From contig CAZVZC010000014.1 of the NCBI GenBank assembly GCA_964631415.1, positions 1 through 14,242 on the forward strand: a stretch of DNA of 14,242 bases, given 5' to 3'. The stretch's first letter is position 1. Every line of letters begins with the position of its first letter. A program made the position numbers and the translations under genes. The notes beneath the pieces are model-generated. The model was not told the DNA's origin and searched no databases. It saw only the letters and a list, made by a program, of their open reading frames with translations. The stretch is from an uncultured archaeon (GTDB lineage: Archaea; Asgardarchaeota; Thorarchaeia; Thorarchaeales; Thorarchaeaceae). This document shows positions 8,043-14,242 of the stretch, piece after piece.

Positions 8043-8585
8043 CTATTCACCACCCTTGACGAGCCTGCCAGTCCGGGTTTCTTTCAGGATTGCCTTTATG
8101 CCCTCAGTTGACAACCCAGGCACTGCCGCTTCTAATCCTAAGTCCTCACGTTCCCAGTCTGAGGTCACAACATAGAGCTGTCCCTTGTCAATCAACTCCT
8201 TCGCGATTGCAAGGACCTTCTCTGGCACCTTACCCGATTCAGCCGCCAAGTTCTTGCAGTCAAAGAAGATGTCTGTGATACGCACCTTCTGCGGGCAGCG
8301 TTCTTGGCACTGAAAACACGTCAGGCATTCCCATATCTCCTTGCCCGACAGGACCTCTTCACGCATTCCTAAGAGAATCATCCGAATCAGTTGGTGAGGC
8401 TTGTACTTCCACTGGTTGGCAATCGGACATGCTGCTGTACAGGTGGAGCAAGCAAAACAAGCGGATAGCTCCTCTCCGTCAGGCATGCTCTTAATGTCGT
8501 CCTTGAACTTCGCATCGAGCAACGACATGTCGATTGGATCAACTAGGGTCATCGGTTTGCCAGAGGTCTGCTTTGATTCTGCCAT
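8043..8585 (-). CDS. hdrC: Heterodisulfide reductase subunit C
   Basis: CFACSTCTAACP and IWECLTCFQCQERCP, with PHQLIRMILLG between them; directly upstream of hdrB; GGTGA Shine-Dalgarno-like motif 6 nt before ATG. Confidence 0.95.
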   Translation of the reverse strand: MAESKQTSGKPMTLVDPIDMSLLDAKFKDDIKSMPDGEELSACFACSTCTAACPIANQWKYKPHQLIRMILLGMREEVLSGKEIWECLTCFQCQERCPQKVRITDIFFDCKNLAAESGKVPEKVLAIAKELIDKGQLYVVTSDWEREDLGLEAAVPGLSTEGIKAILKETRTGRLVKGGE

Positions 8586-8647
8586 GAGAGAGTCACCAAC
8601 TGCTCTTTCGGCTGGTTGGGCGGATGCGAGAGCGAAATTCCAGCCCG

Positions 8648-8662
8648 TATTAAAAGTTTCAC
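8648..8662 (-). promoter_or_regulatory. Putative BRE/TATA promoter of the hdr operon
   Basis: Minus strand reads GTGAAAC-TTTTAATA (purine-rich BRE-like stretch then TATA-like box), about 63 nt upstream of the hdrC ATG. Confidence 0.55.
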
Positions 8663-8741
8663 CAACAGCTCAGAGGCCGGCCATGACAAGTGGACAGCCA
8701 CGTACGAAGCCATGCGAATTCTGCATACGAACAGGCATTCA

Positions 8742-8875
8742 GGCAATGAATGTCAGGGAAAGGCCTGTAGGTTATAGAAAGGCGGGGTGCGTAACACCGG
8801 CCTACAGGCTAGACAGTCTTGGACGCTCTTCATCATGGACTGCTATGTCCAACACTGTCCAACTGGCAATGAATG
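8742..8875. repeat. Two adjacent inverted repeats bracketed by an 11-bp direct repeat
   Basis: GGCAATGAATG at 8742-8752 and 8865-8875; GCCTGTAGG (8763-8771) / CCTACAGGC (8801-8809); GACAGT-C-TTGGAC (8812-8824) / GTCCAA-C-ACTGTC (8847-8859). Confidence 0.75.
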
Positions 8876-8876
8876 G

Positions 8877-9065
8877 TTATTCTGTGAAGCCCCTCTTGTA
8901 TGTCAAGAATAGGATTAGGAGCATACCTACAATCATGGACAACTCGTAGGCGAATATGACAGGGAAGCTCTGCGTGTTAAAGGGGGAAACAATGCTGCCC
9001 AGTAGCGAGAAATCCACGCACAATCCCGCGCCAAGAAGCACAATCCATGGTCGTTTCTGCGGCAT
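8877..9065 (-). CDS. Small hypothetical membrane protein (62 aa, two predicted TM helices)
   Basis: Two hydrophobic stretches (WIVLLGAGLCVDFSLLGSIV; IFAYELSMIVGMLLILFLTY) with basic residues at both termini; co-oriented, 25 nt after the preceding gene. Confidence 0.6.
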   Translation of the reverse strand: MPQKRPWIVLLGAGLCVDFSLLGSIVSPFNTQSFPVIFAYELSMIVGMLLILFLTYKRGFTE

Positions 9066-9090
9066 AACCCATTCTATGGTAGCGGCCTTC

Positions 9091-9390
9091 TTATGGGTTT
9101 CGTGCAGACTCGATGATTGAAGCCAGACTGGACTTCATGGTGTCACAGATGTCAAGACTGCCCTGCCGCAGCTGGGACGCAAGGCGGATTACGTAGCCTT
9201 TCAGTTGTTCCGGGTCAGCCTGCATACGTCCAATTGGAGGATTCTTTCCTTCGGATAGAAGCCGTAAGACGCCGGTGAGAGCGACCTGGAACTTGTCATG
9301 CATTTGCTCGATCTCTTCACGAGCAAGAGCAATGCGAGCCGACAGACTGATGATCTGCTCAATCAGGTTGTCGTTTTCCATCTCAGTCAT
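9091..9390 (-). CDS. Hypothetical alpha-helical protein (99 aa)
   Basis: ATG overlaps the end of the GINS gene by 8 nt; amphipathic helical pattern; no family motif recognised. Confidence 0.75.
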   Translation of the reverse strand: MTEMENDNLIEQIISLSARIALAREEIEQMHDKFQVALTGVLRLLSEGKNPPIGRMQADPEQLKGYVIRLASQLRQGSLDICDTMKSSLASIIESARNP

Positions 9391-10021
9391 GCGCCTTCTT
9401 CTTGTCTATAGCCACTCTCGCAACCGTACCGTCACGGAGCCAAGTCCTTGCATTCTCTACGGGGATCATGGCATTGTCACCTGCCTTGAAGGGGCCATAT
9501 GTTTCTTCATCTAGGCCAACGAATGCAGTTTCGACGGGACGCAAGAAGACAACGCTGACATATTCTACCTCCTCAGGGCTTGATGTCACGTCTGTCATCC
9601 CTCCGCTTGCCTGTGGACTGCCCTTGTCGTGCGCCTTGCCTTCAGGCAGGGGTGCCCCTGCGAGGACACTCTTTACAGATTCCAAATGGCCCTCGACAGC
9701 ACGGAAGACTCTGTTGTAGTACTCTTCTTCAGCGAGTGTCATGGCCCCAAGAGGCTGACGTTGTGAGAGAGCTGCATTCAGTATCTTCTTCTTGCGTAAC
9801 ATGAGAAGATCATTCAACATGAACTCCATATTCAGTACCTCTTGCGTCAGAAGGTCGGTTTGCAGAATCTCGCCTGCGGGAATCTCGGCTAGCGATAACC
9901 GCGTCTTGGACAGATAGGCTGCCATTCTGCCCAAACGCAGGTCTTCTAGGTCCTGAAGCTCACTGTTCTCCATCTCGGCCTGCCAAGACTTGCTGATCTC
10001 GTCATACCCCGTTTCACTCAA
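9383..10021 (-). CDS. gins51: DNA replication complex GINS subunit, Gins51/Gins15 type
   Basis: A-domain (W..E..LQDL..LR.KKIL..MT..EEEYY), a linker and B-domain FVGLDEETYGPFKAGDNAMIPVENA; directly downstream of priS. Start set to TTG 10021 overlapping the priS stop; the track start at 10147 lies inside priS. Confidence 0.9.
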   Translation of the reverse strand: MSETGYDEISKSWQAEMENSELQDLEDLRLGRMAAYLSKTRLSLAEIPAGEILQTDLLTQEVLNMEFMLNDLLMLRKKKILNAALSQRQPLGAMTLAEEEYYNRVFRAVEGHLESVKSVLAGAPLPEGKAHDKGSPQASGGMTDVTSSPEEVEYVSVVFLRPVETAFVGLDEETYGPFKAGDNAMIPVENARTWLRDGTVARVAIDKKKAHD

Positions 10022-11492
10022 TCGTTGCCACACCCTTACATAGCATGAACACCGCGGCCGCCATTGGTAGTTCCACAGTCTCGTCCTGATACGGACCATA
10101 CTCTGTTTCGCCAATCCTGAACGAAGGGACCTTTGCTGTGCCACCACTGACCTTGACCTTCAGCGATCCCTCCGTGAGGCCTATGGCGTCCCTGAATGGG
10201 TCAAAGTCATCAATCTGGTCGCGAGTAAGTGGGGTCACGGTGAAGCCAGTCTTTCCATTCAGGGTGCCTATCAGACGTATTACCCTGTGCACATCATGAG
10301 TGACTGGCACGTCTATCTTTCCGCCATACGAAGCGACTGCCTGAGCAGCAATCTCCTGCCAAGACTTGAACCCGACGCCCCCCACTTTCCCGCTCAAGAT
10401 AGGCGGCGTCCTCAAAAGGCCCTCAATTGCCGCAGCCCGTTGTTTGCGCAGCGGCCCAACCCATCGTTCCTTGCCAGTGTAGGAATCGATTCTCCTTATG
10501 AACTCCACAATGGCAGCAGTAATCTTTCGAGGCCAACCAGACACCTCGCCGGAAGGAAGCGGCATCAAAATCTGAGTTATGAACCTCTCACTGTTGAACC
10601 CAACGCCGTTTATGTAGTGGACTATCTCAACTCGTGCATCAGAGGCCAGTTTGTAGATTCGGGGGTCTCTAACACGGACATGGTATCCACGGTGGCCGCT
10701 GTAGTTCAGCTGGATGGAACTACGATCGATACCAAAGTCGCTCACGAGGAATTCCTCGTAGAGCTTCAATGCGTATCTTTTGGCATCACTAAGGCACCTA
10801 TCGCACACCCACTTCCGCGTACTGAAACCCCACAGTTGTGTGCTGACTCTCTCACTGCCACACTTGGGACAGCGCATCTCTGGTGGGGCCTCCTTTCCCT
10901 CTTCGTGGCATTTCTCGCAACTCCACTTTCGGAGACCACCACACTTGGGACATGTTTCAGGAGGATTGCCAGTCCCAATCTCGTGACACTCGGGATTGTT
11001 ACACCGCCAAGCGTCGTGAATGCTCGAACACGGAGAGTCTAGGTGGTCGGCATCAATATCGAATACAAGCTCTGCGCCCTGCCACCCCTTCTCGTCCATG
11101 TTCCTAGCGACGGGTGTGTTGTAAAATGCTGCCGAGTGATAGACACTGTGAGGCGCAGATGCAATCAGCTCATTCCGAAGGGCATCAGCTGTCCGGAAAC
11201 CGAGATGACGACTCCAGTTCGTAGCTTGGACCTCAGTGGAGCCACAGTTCGGACAGGCCTGAATCTTCTTGAAAGACCTGCCGGTCCGTCCGCAGCCAAT
11301 CTTAGTCTTACGACCAGACGAGTCGGCCACCTCGCGCTCAGGACACCGCCAGATATAGTCCCAGCTCTCCGTAGCGAACTCGCGCATTTGAATCTGATTA
11401 GGTGAATCCACTCTGTCCGGATGTGTGCGGTAGTAATCTTGGAACATCAGCTGCAAGAACTTGAGGTCTGTTTCCTTTGTGCGGGTCGGCAT
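10014..11492 (-). CDS. priS: DNA primase catalytic (small) subunit with multiple zinc-ribbon insertions
   Basis: REF, YHSAAFY, KGWQGAELVFDIDADHL, YSGHRGYHV and IDVPVTHDVHRVIRL..TLNGKTG motifs. ATG 11492 (MPTRTKE) preferred over the track start at 11537. Confidence 0.95.
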   Translation of the reverse strand: MPTRTKETDLKFLQLMFQDYYRTHPDRVDSPNQIQMREFATESWDYIWRCPEREVADSSGRKTKIGCGRTGRSFKKIQACPNCGSTEVQATNWSRHLGFRTADALRNELIASAPHSVYHSAAFYNTPVARNMDEKGWQGAELVFDIDADHLDSPCSSIHDAWRCNNPECHEIGTGNPPETCPKCGGLRKWSCEKCHEEGKEAPPEMRCPKCGSERVSTQLWGFSTRKWVCDRCLSDAKRYALKLYEEFLVSDFGIDRSSIQLNYSGHRGYHVRVRDPRIYKLASDARVEIVHYINGVGFNSERFITQILMPLPSGEVSGWPRKITAAIVEFIRRIDSYTGKERWVGPLRKQRAAAIEGLLRTPPILSGKVGGVGFKSWQEIAAQAVASYGGKIDVPVTHDVHRVIRLIGTLNGKTGFTVTPLTRDQIDDFDPFRDAIGLTEGSLKVKVSGGTAKVPSFRIGETEYGPYQDETVELPMAAAVFMLCKGVATIE

Positions 11493-11641
11493 GCTCCAGA
11501 TCAACTCGAAACGGCGGTGACTCCTGCTCGACAGCAAGCGGAATGTTCGGACAATCGACTACGGAGAACAATGTTGAGAGCTGCAGAGCCCATTATCGCA
11601 ACCCTCCTGTGACCGAGAACGACAGTTCACCCTCGCAGGGG

Positions 11642-12397
11642 CTATCTCCGTTCCACACGCGGAGCCAAGATGAAGCTGATCCTGCCGCCCTCAGCAATGG
11701 CAAACTCCATCATCAAGGGCTTGTTCGAACTGAACTGCAGGACAAGACTGTCACTAGACATCGCCTTGGCAATCTCAGACAGGTAGTTGAGAGCATACAT
11801 GGAAGTGCTTTCCTTGTCGACCTTGAGATCGTAGAGAAGCGACTCTTCGCCCAGCCTCAGCGAAACTTGTGCTTCGCCTGTATCGCCTTCTCCAATGAAA
11901 GAGATCGTGTCAGACTGGGCGACTATCTTGACGTGGCTAGAAACAACACCTATGTCCTTCACAGCCTGTTTGAAAGCCTCTGCGTACATCTCGGCTCTCA
12001 CATCAAACGACAGAACTGGCTTCTTGGTCCTGTCCTCAGGAGGCGTAAGTATCTGAAGCTTGAACACTCGTTCGGCTTGACCTAGCATCTTGATTTCAAA
12101 ACGCTGTTCTGTTTCGTTGAGATTGAACTCCAGCTTGTCGTCACTGGCCATTCTCTTGCTCACTTTTGTGAGCTCGTCGATTCCGAGGCAGATATCATGT
12201 TCTCCTTCGCAGCTATACTCTTGAAAGACTGCTGCGGGAAGTACAAGGTCAATCATCGCAGCCTTAGTCGAGTCCAGCTGACGCAATGAAAACCCCGTTG
12301 CAGACGCCACAAAGTGGACTTCCGTGAGCAATGTGGCGAGCGCATCCACAATCTGTTTCCAAGTCTTGGTGCTATCAAGTGTTGCATGAAACATCAT
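11642..12397 (-). CDS. pcn: Proliferating cell nuclear antigen (DNA sliding clamp)
   Basis: 251 aa; LRQLDSTKAAMIDL..FQEYSC, SMYALNYL, NKPLMMEF, FILAPRVE C-terminus; upstream of priS and gins. Start is ATG 12397 or 12394. Confidence 0.97.
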   Translation of the reverse strand: MMFHATLDSTKTWKQIVDALATLLTEVHFVASATGFSLRQLDSTKAAMIDLVLPAAVFQEYSCEGEHDICLGIDELTKVSKRMASDDKLEFNLNETEQRFEIKMLGQAERVFKLQILTPPEDRTKKPVLSFDVRAEMYAEAFKQAVKDIGVVSSHVKIVAQSDTISFIGEGDTGEAQVSLRLGEESLLYDLKVDKESTSMYALNYLSEIAKAMSSDSLVLQFSSNKPLMMEFAIAEGGRISFILAPRVERR

Positions 12398-12410
12398 TCA
12401 GTGCCTCCGT

Positions 12411-12827
12411 TCATCTGCTCAGTGTCTGAGAAACCTTCTGTTCCAGTTCAAGCGCCTGCTTGTATTCCTCGAGATTCAGTGAGTTGATGTTAAAAACCAG
12501 ACTGACCGCGAGCATCAACTCGTTTCCGTTGGGAGCACTCTTCTCCGTGATGTCACCTATCAGCATGTATCTCTGAGCCACCTCTAGCAATCCTTCGACC
12601 GAAACTTTGATCTGTCTTGCCTTGCCCACCTCGTCATATATATCCTGTACAAGTGCCGTGCCAAGACGTGAATCTACTACTATACACATTATTCTCACAG
12701 GGCCCTTGGTTCTGGCGGACAGACTACGTATTGTAACGAGTCTAGCAGGTTGTATCCGGGGAAATCGTTGATCCTCAGTCAAACTGTCCGCACCGTCATT
12801 ATCCGTCAGAGCTGTGTGCTCTGTCAT
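12411..12827 (-). CDS. Single OB-fold protein resembling replication protein A small subunit (RPA14/Rpa3-like)
   Basis: PA..V.I..L..VRI.C.VV..A.VQD..Y.LIG..LNLEEYKQALELE resembles, from memory, Thermococcales RPA14 (OB fold plus C-terminal trimerisation helix); adjacent to PCNA. Confidence 0.65.
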   Translation of the reverse strand: MTEHTALTDNDGADSLTEDQRFPRIQPARLVTIRSLSARTKGPVRIMCIVVDSRLGTALVQDIYDEVGKARQIKVSVEGLLEVAQRYMLIGDITEKSAPNGNELMLAVSLVFNINSLNLEEYKQALELEQKVSQTLSR

Positions 12828-12843
12828 CTAGTCTTGATTCTCG

Positions 12844-12853
12844 TGATATAAGA
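12844..12853 (-). promoter_or_regulatory. Putative internal TATA box for a leaderless transcript starting at the Rpa3-like gene
   Basis: Minus-strand TTATAT (plus 12846-12851) begins 24 nt upstream of ATG 12827; no Shine-Dalgarno motif before that ATG. Confidence 0.4.
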
Positions 12854-12921
12854 ATGTATGAGTCCGTCTGCAAACCGAGTCAGTCTGGCCCTTGGTCGTG
12901 TGCGGGAGCAAAAGGGGCCGT

Positions 12922-13254
12922 TCAACGACCCCCATAGTATCGCCAAGTCTGCTTACACTTTGTGCATCTGTAGAACTCCGTGGCGCCTTCGTCGCCGCGC
13001 CTTGTCTGGACTGTCCAATAGTAGGCCTCCGTGTTCCCACAGGACGGACAGACAGCAGCCGTCTTGGGCATCGGAACAGACTCGTCTTCAACAACAACAA
13101 TCTTGTCACGAGGCGTTCTAGTCACGTTTTGTGAAACCCTCAATTCACCCTTCATCGGCATCGTGTGACCACAACTACGACACATCAAGACCTTCGTTCC
13201 ACTCTCTCCAACAGCGGGAACCATCAATGCGCCACACTTTTCGCAGAACTGCAT
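12922..13254 (-). CDS. tfs: Transcription elongation/cleavage factor TFS (RpoM/TFIIS family)
   Basis: Two zinc ribbons (MQFCEKCG..CRSCG; CPSCGN..CTKC) and QTRRGDEG with an intact acidic DE dyad. ATG at 13254. Confidence 0.95.
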   Translation of the reverse strand: MQFCEKCGALMVPAVGESGTKVLMCRSCGHTMPMKGELRVSQNVTRTPRDKIVVVEDESVPMPKTAAVCPSCGNTEAYYWTVQTRRGDEGATEFYRCTKCKQTWRYYGGR

Positions 13255-13296
13255 ATAGTGGCACCCCGTGCGCGGCGTCGAAGCGAACTTCATCAG

Positions 13297-13779
13297 TTAA
13301 GGATTGCTGACTGGATGTGATCCGTTTTGTGGGCCCATATCAGTGTATACAGAACCAGAAGGTATCTGAAACATCATCTGTTCAAGCAACACTTGGAAAG
13401 CATGAGAGGCGACTTGCCCCTCTTCCTTGCGCCCTGTTTCGGGGCCAATTGGCAATGCCTTCACGATAATGTCAACAGCGGACTCGATTGAAATCCTTCG
13501 CTTCAGCCAGAGCCAGGCAAAGATTGCTTCATAGGCATCAGCTGCACGACCAATGTCCGTCTTGTGTCCGATTTGAGTATATAGTGGAACTGCACGTATG
13601 CTTCGTGCAAGCACACGGTCCTGGACCTTTTCTCCTGTGACGTCCCCCAAAACCACCGACTTGGCCAGAGAATAGCAGAGGTTCACAAGGCTGTCGCCAA
13701 GCTTGGCAAGTCCTTTGTCATTTACAATGTCACGGATACTCTCGTGTTCTGTAAGGTGATCCCAAGCCAATTGACTCAC
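13297..13779 (-). CDS. Archaeal ribonuclease III-like family protein (single domain, no dsRBD)
   Basis: DKGLAKLGDSLVNL.YSLA, G.KV.D.VLA and ADAYEAIFAWLWL match the archaeal RNase III-like pattern; position between rpoL and tfs fits known archaeal gene order. Confidence 0.8.
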   Translation of the reverse strand: MSQLAWDHLTEHESIRDIVNDKGLAKLGDSLVNLCYSLAKSVVLGDVTGEKVQDRVLARSIRAVPLYTQIGHKTDIGRAADAYEAIFAWLWLKRRISIESAVDIIVKALPIGPETGRKEEGQVASHAFQVLLEQMMFQIPSGSVYTDMGPQNGSHPVSNP

Positions 13780-13794
13780 CCAGAGCTGGCGGAC

Positions 13795-14094
13795 TCAGCC
13801 GCTCCCGTCGATGCCATGGTCTGAAACCGCCTGCTCAAACCGCTTCCGAAACTCGTCGGTCCTCGCAAGCATCCTGTCGAGCCCTTCTCTGAGAACCACA
13901 TTTGCTTGACGCCTCTTAGTCCTCAGAGTGAACACAGGACTGGCAAGCAATGGGTGATCGATGTTGTAGCCAGCGAAATCCACAGACTCCTCTTCAAGGA
14001 GGGTCTTACGCAGCAGATTGCAGAACGAGTGCCCTTCACCGCGTATCTCGGCTACCAACTGATACTTTGTGTTCTCGATGACTCGTATCTCCGT
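13795..14094 (-). CDS. rpoL: DNA-directed RNA polymerase subunit Rpo11 (RpoL)
   Basis: EIRGEGHSFCNLLR..L..VDFAGYNIDHPL motif. Homology extends 12 codons upstream of the track start (14058) to an ACG at 14094 (xEIRVIE). Confidence 0.93.
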   Translation of the reverse strand, partial: TEIRVIENTKYQLVAEIRGEGHSFCNLLRKTLLEEESVDFAGYNIDHPLLASPVFTLRTKRRQANVVLREGLDRMLARTDEFRKRFEQAVSDHGIDGSG

Positions 14095-14096
14095 AT

Positions 14097-14240
14097 CTAA
14101 CGCCTCCTTCCTCTGGCGTGCCCGTCATCATCTTGTCCCCTGCGGTCACTGGGCCGGTACGACGACCCTCTAGTTCGTTCGTGAAACTGACCAGTCCGAC
14201 CACGGCCTTCACTGTAGCCTTCGCGGTCATGCCGACCACG
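14097..14240 (-). CDS. C-terminal Arg/Gly/Asp-rich tail of a gene truncated by the window edge (exosome cap subunit Csl4 expected from synteny)
   Basis: Manual translation: RGRHDREGYSEGRGRTGQFHERTRGSSYRPSDRRGQDDDGHARGRRR*, TAG at 14097-14099, 2 nt before the proposed rpoL start. Identity rests only on the usual csl4-rpoL adjacency. Confidence 0.6.
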   Translation of the reverse strand, partial: RGRHDREGYSEGRGRTGQFHERTRGSSYRPSDRRGQDDDGHARGRRR

Positions 14241-14242
14241 GC

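Noticed and set aside
3739-8585. Selenocysteine in HdrA or MvhD
   Set aside because: All cluster-ligand positions are read as Cys in uninterrupted frames, and I could not see a convincing SECIS-like hairpin.
8750-8860. Cobalamin riboswitch, tRNA or standard C/D box sRNA
   Set aside because: AGGGAA and GGTG occur but without a B12 box and on the strand opposite the genes; no cloverleaf or TTC-GA loop; C-to-D distance is longer than usual and no C'/D' boxes are evident.
10794-11354. Intein in PriS
   Set aside because: The inserts are short cysteine-rich ribbons with no intein splice-junction (His-Asn then Cys/Ser/Thr) or homing endonuclease motifs.
11493-11641. 149-nt gap between the PCNA gene and priS
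   Set aside because: No convincing ORF, TATA box, repeat or stable hairpin found by eye.
12886-12919. Terminator-like hairpin after tfs (GGCCCCTT...AAGGGCC on the minus strand)
   Set aside because: Imperfect stem with a long loop and no following U-tract; too weak to call.
207-14100. Many plus-strand and alternative-frame ORFs (e.g. 2916-3557, 8401-8949, 10287-11042, 11477-12085, 12828-13109)
   Set aside because: They are antisense or out-of-frame shadows of well supported genes and show no recognisable motifs.
14036-14239. 67-aa ORF from the track (MVGMTAKATV...)
   Set aside because: Overlaps the conserved rpoL N-terminus out of frame; the alternative frame ending at TAG 14097 fits the operon spacing better.
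1-14242. CRISPR array, transposase or integrase, rRNA or tRNA genes
   Set aside because: No regularly spaced repeats, recombinase motifs or stable-RNA signatures seen; the window is almost fully occupied by protein-coding genes.

Overview
Archaeal window (about 53% GC by eye; gene content and sequence style suggest an Asgard archaeon, possibly Thorarchaeia, which is an inference). Almost all genes are on the minus strand. The right half (14242->8877) is an information-processing gene string: an RG-rich C-terminal tail of a truncated gene (csl4 by synteny), rpo11/rpoL (apparently starting at ACG), an archaeal RNase III-like protein, TFS, an RPA14/Rpa3-like OB-fold protein, PCNA, a PriS carrying extra zinc ribbons, GINS51 and two small orphans. 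After a structured 290-bp intergenic region, the left half (8585->184) is an unusual heterodisulfide-reductase-like operon: hdrC, hdrB, a short HdrA', an HdrA''-MvhD fusion and a translationally coupled 754-aa protein with tandem winged-helix modules plus a 2x[4Fe-4S] domain, followed by an acyl-CoA dehydrogenase. A convergent DinB-family gene fragment ends at 176. The strongest candidate for an undescribed system is this Hdr variant: a split HdrA with non-canonical flavin residues and a wHTH-ferredoxin partner where a hydrogenase or formate dehydrogenase would usually sit.
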